This document shows, one piece after another, positions 1 through 6,453 of a stretch of DNA of 27,747 nucleotides. The stretch spans positions 1 to 27,747 of the forward strand of contig DATFWH010000128.1 in NCBI GenBank assembly GCA_035259465.1, in the 5' to 3' direction. Origin of the DNA: Candidatus Binatia bacterium. GTDB lineage: Bacteria > Desulfobacterota > Binatia > UBA9968. The notes below the pieces were generated by a model. It did not search any database and was not told the DNA's origin. It saw only the letters and a list, made by a program, of their open reading frames with translations. The first letter of the stretch is position 1. Each line of letters starts with the position of its first letter. The position numbers and the translations under genes were made by a program.

Positions 1-257
1 CCGGTGGTGAAGCTGAAGTCCACGTCGCCGGCGATCAGCGCGCGGATATCGGGGCCGCCGCCGCTGGTCGACGTGACGTCGACCTCCAGCCCTTCGTCCT
101 TGAAGTAGCCTTTGGATTGCGCGACGTAGATCGGCGTCATCGAGTGGGCGACGACCGGAATCGTCATTTTCACCTTGCGCAGGTTTTGCGCCCATGCAGC
201 CGTCCAGCCTAGCTGTAGAACCGCGGCGGCGAGTGCCATTGCGGCCAGTCGTTTCAT
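1..257 (-). CDS. ABC transporter substrate-binding protein, NitT/TauT (NMT1/THI5-like) family; runs off the left edge
   Basis: Not in ORF track; translated by hand from ATG 257: MKRLAAMALAAAVLQLGWTAAWAQNLRKVKMTIPVVAHSMTPIYVAQSKGYFKDEGLEVDVTSTSGGGPDIRALIAGDVDFSFT. Signal peptide, the typical 'A..KGYF.DEGL.V' and 'AL.AG.VDF' segments, SD AAAGGAG; directly downstream of a TauB-like ATPase. Confidence 0.9.
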   Translation of the reverse strand, partial: MKRLAAMALAAAVLQLGWTAAWAQNLRKVKMTIPVVAHSMTPIYVAQSKGYFKDEGLEVDVTSTSGGGPDIRALIAGDVDFSFTT

Positions 258-276
258 GATCGTCTCCTTTCTCTGC

Positions 277-1050
277 TCACGCCGGAGTGACTTCCGGACG
301 GAGCTCATGCCAGAGCTTATTGTAGACCTCGCGAAATTCAGCGCTGAGATGGATCTCGTAGACGTCGCGCGGCCGCGGTATCGGCACCGCCGCGATGTGT
401 TTCACACGGCCGGGCCGCGAGGTCATGACGACGACGCGGTCCGCCAGCGTGATCGCCTCGACGAGGTCGTGGGTGATGAAGAGAATCGTTTTGCGCGACG
501 CGCGCCAGAGCTGCAACAACTGGTCTTGCAGCACGATGCGGGTTTGCGCGTCGAGCGGCCCGAAAGGCTCGTCCATGAGAATGAGCTCCGGGTCGTAGAT
601 GAGCGTGCGGATGATGTTGGCGCGCTGGCGCATGCCGCCGGATAGCTCGTGGGGATAATGGTCCTCGAAACCCGCGAGCCCGACCTGCCCGATCAGGTCG
701 AGCGCGCGCCGCCGCCGCTCGTTCTTGTCGGCGCCGCGAATCTCGAGCGCGATTTCGACGTTCTCGACGAGCGTGCGCCAGGGCAGCAGGTTGTCTTTCT
801 GCGTGACGTAGCCGATATCGGTGTTGATGCCGTCGACCGGGCGGCCGCGGTAGACGATCTGCCCGCCGCTAGGCGGCAGAAGACCGACGACGAGGTTCAA
901 CAGCGTCGACTTGCCGCAGCCCGAAGGCCCGACGACCGTGACGAACTCTCCCTCCTCGACGGCGAGATCGAGCGTATCGACGGCGACGACTTGACGGCCG
1001 CGCACCTGAAACTCGCGGCGTACTTGGTTAAGCGAGAGCAGCGGCGGCAT
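277..1050 (-). CDS. ABC transporter ATP-binding protein, NitT/TauT family
   Basis: Walker A GPSGCGKS, signature LSGGM, Walker B ILMDEPF, ITHD H-loop, C-terminal 'SRPGRVK...PIPRPRD' typical of TauB/SsuB. Confidence 0.95.
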   Translation of the reverse strand: MPPLLSLNQVRREFQVRGRQVVAVDTLDLAVEEGEFVTVVGPSGCGKSTLLNLVVGLLPPSGGQIVYRGRPVDGINTDIGYVTQKDNLLPWRTLVENVEIALEIRGADKNERRRRALDLIGQVGLAGFEDHYPHELSGGMRQRANIIRTLIYDPELILMDEPFGPLDAQTRIVLQDQLLQLWRASRKTILFITHDLVEAITLADRVVVMTSRPGRVKHIAAVPIPRPRDVYEIHLSAEFREVYNKLWHELRPEVTPA

Positions 1051-1103
1051 GAGTTTGCCGGATCGAATCGTACGGTCGGCGCCGTCGGAAGTCTATCGCA
1101 CGG

Positions 1104-2108
1104 CTAGGGCTTGACCCGCGCGACCGAGGCGCCGATGCCGTCCAGCGCGGTCTTGCCGCTGGCGTCCAGATTGTCGCGCCGCGGCACGTCGTAATTGCTG
1201 ATGTAGCCTGTATCGCCGACAAAAACTATCGCGGACGGGAACTCGAGCGGACCCTTGCTGTCATTCTTCGCGACCTCCTGGAGCTTACCGTCGGGGGAGA
1301 CGGTGACTAGCGCGTTGCGCTCGTTCGCCGTCACCCAAAGCTTGCCGGTGCGGTCGAACGCGATACCGTCGGCGCCTTCAAGTATCGAGTTCTCGGCGAC
1401 CTTTTCGGGCTTTCCGGGCTTGCCGTCGGCGCCGATGGATATTCTCCAGATCGCTCCGCGCGCCGTATCGCTGACAAAAAGCGTTCCCTTGGAGTCGAAA
1501 ACGAGCCCGTTCGCGACCGTCGCCTGTTCGGTCTTGCCGTCCGGCAGCGTGCGGACGAAGCCGGGAATCTCGGCATACACTTGCGCCGCGCCGCCGGCGG
1601 GGCCGACGCGGTAAATCTTGCCGCTGCGGCCGCCGCAGATATACAGGTTACCCTGCTTGTCGAAGGCGATGCCGTTGGCGCCTTCAGCGCCGGTTGCGAA
1701 GGTTTGCGGGCGGCCGGGCTTTTGCGGGTTCAGATCGGCGGCGCGGACGCGGAGCACCTCGGAGAAGGGGCCGCTCGCGATGAATAAATCGCCTTCCCGG
1801 TTGAACTCGACGCCGCTCGCGTCGGCGTTGACTTTCTTGCCGGCGATCTCGCGCGGCTCGATGCGCGCGACCGTCTCGGGCTTCGGCGACTTGGGATCGA
1901 CGCGCAGGATGTTGCCGCTCACGCGATCGCCCATGTAGAGCCGGCCTTGCGAGTCGGCGGTGATGCTCTCGACGATAATCGTGCGATCCGAGCTCGCCGG
2001 ATCGAGGTCGACCAGGATAGAGACTTTACCGCCGTCTTCGCCGGCGCCCATGGTGGCGCAGCCGGAAACCGCGAGAGCCGCGAACCATAACGTCCAACGT
2101 GCTTTCAT
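1104..2108 (-). CDS. SMP-30/gluconolactonase/LRE-family beta-propeller, predicted lipoprotein
   Basis: Start moved to ATG 2108 (SD AAGGAGG). MKARWTLWFAALAVSG-C lipobox-like signal; propeller repeats ESITAD, NGIAFD, NGLVFD, DGIAFD carry the Glu/Asn/Asp metal ligands of the family. Confidence 0.85.
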   Translation of the reverse strand: MKARWTLWFAALAVSGCATMGAGEDGGKVSILVDLDPASSDRTIIVESITADSQGRLYMGDRVSGNILRVDPKSPKPETVARIEPREIAGKKVNADASGVEFNREGDLFIASGPFSEVLRVRAADLNPQKPGRPQTFATGAEGANGIAFDKQGNLYICGGRSGKIYRVGPAGGAAQVYAEIPGFVRTLPDGKTEQATVANGLVFDSKGTLFVSDTARGAIWRISIGADGKPGKPEKVAENSILEGADGIAFDRTGKLWVTANERNALVTVSPDGKLQEVAKNDSKGPLEFPSAIVFVGDTGYISNYDVPRRDNLDASGKTALDGIGASVARVKP

Positions 2109-2176
2109 TGCCGCCTCCTTTCGCCGCACTTGCCGAATCGAAACGCGCGGATTCTAGATGAATCGAACTCCAAATG

Positions 2177-2207
2177 AAAGGCCCCCGGAATGTTTCCGGA
2201 GGCCTTT
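2177..2207 (-). terminator. Rho-independent terminator after the 2242..2760 gene
   Basis: AAAGGCC-C-CCGGAA-TGT-TTCCGG-A-GGCCTTT; the single mismatch is a G.U pair on the minus strand, with UUUCAUUU at the 3' end; 6 T also follow on the plus strand. Confidence 0.75.
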
Positions 2208-2241
2208 TTTGGTGATGCAAAATAACGCAACCGTCGCGGTC

Positions 2242-2760
2242 CTAGGGCTCGCGCACGATGCCGGCGGCGAACCAATTGCCGCCGGTGCTGCGGATGAGAA
2301 AGGCGATGTCGGGCTCGGTCGTGCAGACCGCAGGCAGGGGCCCCACGTTGCCGCTGAATTCCGCATCGCCCTGTGCGTTGAGCGCCACGAGCGGGGTATT
2401 CACCAAAACCGAATTACCGCCTCCCGCGCTGCCATTGGTGTCGCATACCAGCGTCCCGCGCACCTGCGCGTTGGTGCCGCGCGTGCCGATGCTGTTGCCT
2501 CCCGCGAGCACGAGCCCCTCGACGTCAAACCTCAAGTCGCCGTCCGACAAATCCACCTCGGCGCGGCCGCCGGTGACCACCCACGGCTGGCCGGCGCCAG
2601 TGACCGCGCCGGTGCCGGAGCCGACGACGTTGCCCGTCTGGATCACGCCGACAAGCGCGTCCCAGCGCACCTCGCGGTCGGGAATAGCGATGACCGTCGA
2701 GCTGAAAAGCGGCGCCAGCAGGGCGGCGCTAAAGAGCGCGATCGATTTTATTTTCTTCAT
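2242..2760 (-). CDS. Secreted hypothetical protein (Gly/Val-rich, beta-type, 2 Cys)
   Basis: ATG 2760 with SD AAGGGGGA; MKKIKSIALFSAALLAPLFSSTVIA signal peptide; lies between two terminators; no family recognised. Confidence 0.8.
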   Translation of the reverse strand: MKKIKSIALFSAALLAPLFSSTVIAIPDREVRWDALVGVIQTGNVVGSGTGAVTGAGQPWVVTGGRAEVDLSDGDLRFDVEGLVLAGGNSIGTRGTNAQVRGTLVCDTNGSAGGGNSVLVNTPLVALNAQGDAEFSGNVGPLPAVCTTEPDIAFLIRSTGGNWFAAGIVREP

Positions 2761-2843
2761 GGTTCCCCCTTTTTGGTTAGGATTTCGCACCCCGTGTCAA
2801 AGGGTCGAGTCCCAAGGGGGATTTGGAGATCGACTGACTAAAT

Positions 2844-2875
2844 AACAGCGGAGCCCCTTGCGGGGCTCCGCCGTT
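2844..2875 (-). terminator. Rho-independent terminator after the MBL gene
   Basis: 14-bp stem AACAGCGGAGCCCC/GGGGCTCCGCCGTT with one G.U pair on the minus strand; minus-strand loop GCAA (GNRA); followed by AUUU; 16 nt past the stop. Confidence 0.8.
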
Positions 2876-2891
2876 TTAAGCAGGTAGCGCT

Positions 2892-4010
2892 TCAGCAGCC
2901 AGGGCCGGCAACGCAGTTGCCGGCGCCGTCAAACTCGAAGAAATTACCAGGGGTCGAGTCCCCACTGAGCGGAACGACGATGCGCGTATTGCCCTGACCT
3001 TTGACGAGATTGATAAACGCCTCCAAGCGCGTGCCCGGATTGACGACGCCTTTCGACGTCGAGGCCTGATTGAAGTGCTCGGGGATGACACTTCGCGGCT
3101 TGATCAGTTGGCTGACCGCGAAGGCGCCCTCGAACGGTCCCATTGTAAATAGATCGCCGGCATGGACAACGGCGAGGTTGGGCTTATAGAGACGGCTTTG
3201 GACTTCCCAGTCTCCGATAAGGCCCGAGTCGCCGGTCCAGAGAACCGTGAGCCCGTTGGTGAATCTCATGATGTAGCCAGTCTCGTGTCCGGCATAGCCC
3301 GTGAGGCCAGGCGGAACGCCGGGGCCGGAGACGCTGTCGAGTGGATCGATGTTGATTCGGGGAGCTCCGGCCGCGTGGAAAGCCTCGATCGTGGTGATCG
3401 CCACGCCGCTCGTCGCTTTGGCAAAATAGACCGTCCGCGTGCCGCCGCGGATGACGCCGATGCACGGAGACGCACGCGGCACGGTGAAGCGGTTATCCAG
3501 GAAGGGGAAGCCTGTGCTCGGGTCGTTCAGAGTCGGGCAGCTCCCCGGCGCCGTTCCCGTGATATTCTTGATTTTCTGCGTGAAGAAATCCGGCAGCTCG
3601 CCGCCGACGAGAACCGCCGAATTTTTGTTCGCGGCGATCTCCGCTGCGTTGCTCTCGGTGTTGCCGGGAGCTGCGAAGGGAACGTTAGTGGTGCCGGCGC
3701 AGTTTGTCTGGCGAACGTCACCCAGGTGATCCACATGCGGGTGGTCGATCAGGAGGACGTGAACGTCGCCGAGCCGAGGATCGGCCGAGCCGACGGCTGA
3801 GCCGCCGGAGACGAGTCCCACGGTCCTGCCGGGCGCGATAAGGACCCGCACGCCGGTCGGGTCTTCGAAAAGCAGCGCGCGGTCGCCGGCGCAGAACTCG
3901 CCCGTCACAGCGCCGAGCGCAGTTATCTTCACGGTTTGTGCCCGGGACAGCGACGCCGCCGACAGGGCGGCGCCCACAACAAATAGGAAAACCAACCATC
4001 GGGTCTTCAT
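2892..4010 (-). CDS. Secreted metallo-beta-lactamase-fold hydrolase (UPF0173/UlaG-like)
   Basis: ATG 4010 with SD GAAGGAG; signal peptide ending ASLSRA; HPHVDH (HxHxDH) motif plus FHA, TGDSG and PEHF matching the remaining MBL metal ligands. Confidence 0.85.
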   Translation of the reverse strand: MKTRWLVFLFVVGAALSAASLSRAQTVKITALGAVTGEFCAGDRALLFEDPTGVRVLIAPGRTVGLVSGGSAVGSADPRLGDVHVLLIDHPHVDHLGDVRQTNCAGTTNVPFAAPGNTESNAAEIAANKNSAVLVGGELPDFFTQKIKNITGTAPGSCPTLNDPSTGFPFLDNRFTVPRASPCIGVIRGGTRTVYFAKATSGVAITTIEAFHAAGAPRINIDPLDSVSGPGVPPGLTGYAGHETGYIMRFTNGLTVLWTGDSGLIGDWEVQSRLYKPNLAVVHAGDLFTMGPFEGAFAVSQLIKPRSVIPEHFNQASTSKGVVNPGTRLEAFINLVKGQGNTRIVVPLSGDSTPGNFFEFDGAGNCVAGPGC

Positions 4011-4065
4011 CGACTTCTCCTTCATCGGTTTGCGCAACCGATGGGTTGGGGACAGCCTATTCCAG

Positions 4066-4126
4066 GGCGAAAAAATTTATCCTTCGGGGCTCCTTTCCAT
4101 CTCAGCGGCGAAAAATTTATCCCTTC
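4066..4126. repeat. 20-bp direct repeat (period 41) at the cytochrome 3' end
   Basis: GGCGAAAAAATTTATCCTTC (4066-4085) and GGCGAAAAATTTATCCCTTC (4107-4126); the second copy contains the cytochrome stop codon. Confidence 0.8.
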
Positions 4127-4572
4127 TTCTCCTCCGCGCGGAAATTCTTGTGGCAGCCGCCGCAGGCCTCGCCGAGCGCTTTCACCTTTCCCGCGAGGGC
4201 GGCGTCATCCTTCGCCTTGGCGGCGTCAGCAACTTCGCCGGCCGCTTTTTTCACCTTCGCAGGGTTCTTGCTAAACTCGTCCCACTTCTCCCAAATGGCC
4301 GGCAGGGCGCGCGACTTATCCGAAGTGCTGCCCTTCGGGAAGAGATCGTTCACCTTGTCCATATTGTTGCCGATGTCCTTGGCCTTGGTCTCGATCGTCG
4401 CGTAGTCTTTCGACTCTATCGCCCCCTTGATGGCTTTGGCGGCCGCGCCGTTCTCCTTCATGAGCTTCTGCCGCTTTTCGATCACGTCCTGCTGCGCGAA
4501 CGCGTGCGGCGCGACCAGAACGACGGCCAGCGTGAAAAATACCGCCTGAAACAGTCTTTGATGCATCATCAT
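4117..4572 (-). CDS. Class II cytochrome c (c'/c556 family), probably low-spin c556 type
   Basis: Signal peptide ending PHAFA; C-terminal CGGCH heme motif; 'SRALPAIWEKWDEF' family segment; mature N-terminus QQDVIEKRQKLMKENG. Three tandem ATGs (4572/4569/4566), exact start uncertain. Confidence 0.9.
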   Translation of the reverse strand: MMMHQRLFQAVFFTLAVVLVAPHAFAQQDVIEKRQKLMKENGAAAKAIKGAIESKDYATIETKAKDIGNNMDKVNDLFPKGSTSDKSRALPAIWEKWDEFSKNPAKVKKAAGEVADAAKAKDDAALAGKVKALGEACGGCHKNFRAEEKKG

Positions 4573-4595
4573 CCGCTCCTTTCGGGTTGTTGGGG

Positions 4596-5144
4596 TTAGC
4601 TGCCTTTGTTTACCTTTTTCACTTCGTTCAAGAGCTGATCGGTTGAGAGAAGGTCCTTCTCGTTGTTCGACGGCCGGATGTCGTAATATTTGATCACGCC
4701 TTCCTTGTCGACGATCACATACGAGCGCTTGGCGACGCGGCGCTCGGGATCGAAAACGCCGTAGGCGCTCAAAGTCTTGCCGTCGCGGTCGCTGAGCAGG
4801 GCGTAATTGATCTTGGCGAAATCCGCGAAGGCCTTTTGCGAGAATGGGGCGTTGGCGCTGATTCCCAGGACCTCGGTGTTTTCCGCCTGGAACTTGTCGT
4901 AACTGTCCGAACCGGACGCTTGCAGGTCTTTGATTCAGGTGGGGCTGAAGTCGAGGACGTAGAAGTTGATGAGAACGTTTTTGCCTTTGAGGCTGCTGAG
5001 CTTGAGCTTGCCGCCTTTCGTGCTGTCTAGCTCGAAGTCCGGCGCCTTATCGCCGACCTGAAGTGCCCGGGCCGGCAAAGCGGCGGCGAAAAGAAACATC
5101 AAGCAGAAAACAGCGTGGACGGATAACCGTTGCCATCGCGTCAT
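4596..5144 (-). CDS. Peroxiredoxin (AhpC/TSA family) selenoprotein with signal peptide; in-frame TGA (4935-4937) read as Sec70
   Basis: Frame stays open for 112 codons after the TGA, to TAA 4596-4598: ...LQVGDKAPDFELDSTKGGKLKLSSLKGKNVLINFYVLDFSPT-U-IKDLQASGSDSYDKFQAENTEVLGISANAPFSQKAFADFAKINYALLSDRDGKTLSAYGVFDPERRVAKRSYVIVDKEGVIKYYDIRPSNNEKDLLSTDQLLNEVKKVNKGS. TGA sits at the peroxidatic Cys of the Prx motif FYPxDFTPxC. SD AAGGAGG. Confidence 0.88.
4905..4917 (-). promoter_or_regulatory. Candidate bacterial SECIS hairpin
   Basis: mRNA UGA AUC AAA GAC CUG CAA GC-GUCC-GGUUC-GGAC: stem starts 18 nt after UGA, apical loop begins with GGU, consistent with the distance and loop-G rules for bacterial SECIS elements. 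Confidence 0.6.
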
Positions 5145-5313
5145 CTTAGACCTCCTTCGTGCTTAGACGTTTAGAGTGCCCAAATCATGCAGCCGTCGAA
5201 AGAATGGCTCTTTAAGTTTCTTTTAAATTGTGGCTACCCGCCAAAATCTCCACCTGCCGCAGCGAAGCGAGCTGTCTTTTAATCACCATTTCGCCTTGGG
5301 CGCGGACCCAAGG

Positions 5314-5342
5314 TAAATAGGCGATGGCTTGGGCGCTGTCAA
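5314..5342 (-). promoter_or_regulatory. Candidate sigma70 promoter for the peroxiredoxin-cytochrome unit
   Basis: TTGACA (5342-5337), 17-nt spacer, TATTTA (5319-5314); the -10 lacks the conserved last T. Confidence 0.45.
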
Positions 5343-5740
5343 GAGTGTCGGTCGCCGGGAATCAGAAAAATCGAAAGTCTATTGCCTGTCTCCAATCGGG
5401 GGTCGGTCAGCTGCAGATAGTGTCCATCCCGCCACAAGGCGAGCTGGTCGGAGTGATAGGGCGATAAAAAATGGCCTGATTGTCCGGGGGATATGACGAA
5501 AAGAGCGCGCCCCGGGCCGGCCATATCGGCGATCATCCGGAGCGAGGGGCCGACGGTGTGTGCGTACGGACGAGAGCGGCGGAAGAAGCCGAGATTGATC
5601 GTGACGCCGTCGCCGCCGGACGGAAACGGGTCGACGGAAAGGAAGCGTCGGAGCGGCCTTATAGCATCAAGCGGATGGCTCAGCGTCAATTTATGCAAAT
5701 CGCCCCAGCGCCAGCGGCTAGGTCGGGAGGCCGGAATTTT
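5339..5740 (-). pseudogene. 3' remnant of a penicillin acylase (Ntn-hydrolase) family gene
   Basis: PSRWRWGDLHKLTLSHPL...GGDGVTIN...GPSLRMIAD...SPGQSGHFLSPYHSDQLALW match the C-terminal motifs of penicillin amidases. An in-frame TGA lies ~16 codons upstream of the TTG; no SD, alpha chain or catalytic N-terminal Ser. Confidence 0.75.
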
Positions 5741-5766
5741 TCAACCGGGGGCGAGCGCCGGCCGCG

Positions 5767-6384
5767 TCACAATATTTTTTGAACCGACGGGCGCTGCTTC
5801 ATGCGCTCGATCCACTTGGCCATGTTCGGCAGCGACGGGTCGGGCAGCACACCCATGCCCGCCAGGCGTAAGAATCTCGGGATCAGCGCGGCGTCGACAA
5901 GCGAGAACTCGCCGGCGAGGTAGGGCTGATCGCCGAGCTCGCGCTCCAAGCGTCCGAGCAGATGCCTGAGCTCCCTGCGCGCGTCTTCGATCAGCCGCTG
6001 GTCGCGCTCTTTCTCATCCTTCATCATCTCTTTGCGGATCTTCTGATAAGAGCCGTCGAGATGATTCATCCCGTAGTCGAGAAGGATGCGCGCTTTTGCG
6101 CGTTTGCCCGGGTCTTTCGGGAGGAGCGGCGTCTCGGGATATTTTTCCTCGAGATATTCGTTGATGATGAGCGACTCGTAGAGCACGGTCGCGCCGTCGA
6201 TGATCACCGGCACTTTGCCGTAAGGATTGAGCTTCAAAAAGTCCGGTTTCTTCTGCTCCATCTTTTTTAGATCGACGGGGACTTTCTCATACGGTAGTTT
6301 CTTTTCTTCCATGACGACGATGACGCGCTGGCAATTGGGCGAGCTGGCGAAATCGTAAAGCTTGATCGGTCGTTCGGGCGGCAT
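5767..6384 (-). CDS. Glutathione S-transferase family protein
   Basis: SPNC active-site segment, NPYGKVPVI, LYESLIINEYL, YLAGEFSLVD; SD AGGAGG. Confidence 0.93.
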   Translation of the reverse strand: MPPERPIKLYDFASSPNCQRVIVVMEEKKLPYEKVPVDLKKMEQKKPDFLKLNPYGKVPVIIDGATVLYESLIINEYLEEKYPETPLLPKDPGKRAKARILLDYGMNHLDGSYQKIRKEMMKDEKERDQRLIEDARRELRHLLGRLERELGDQPYLAGEFSLVDAALIPRFLRLAGMGVLPDPSLPNMAKWIERMKQRPSVQKIL

Positions 6385-6453
6385 GAGAAATCCTCCTGAT
6401 CAGGTCCTGGTTTACTTCAGCGGCGGATTCAAGACAAGTCCGGATCCCCGTTG

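Noticed and set aside
2892-2894. Other TGA stops as possible Sec codons (MBL, coxM-like, rpoZ, GST)
   Set aside because: These proteins are already full length, the TGA is not at a conserved Cys position, and no homologous sequence is apparent downstream.
2802-2962. Exact 12-mer GGGTCGAGTCCC at 2802-2813 and 2951-2962
   Set aside because: Only two copies, one within coding sequence; a nearby 12-mer match is plausible by chance in 28 kb of GC-rich DNA.
4935-4937. TGA as a genome-wide reassignment to Trp or Gly
   Set aside because: Many full-length genes here end in TGA (rpoZ, rpoH, GST, lgt, dtd, trmL), so TGA is normally a stop; only this site sits at a catalytic Cys position.
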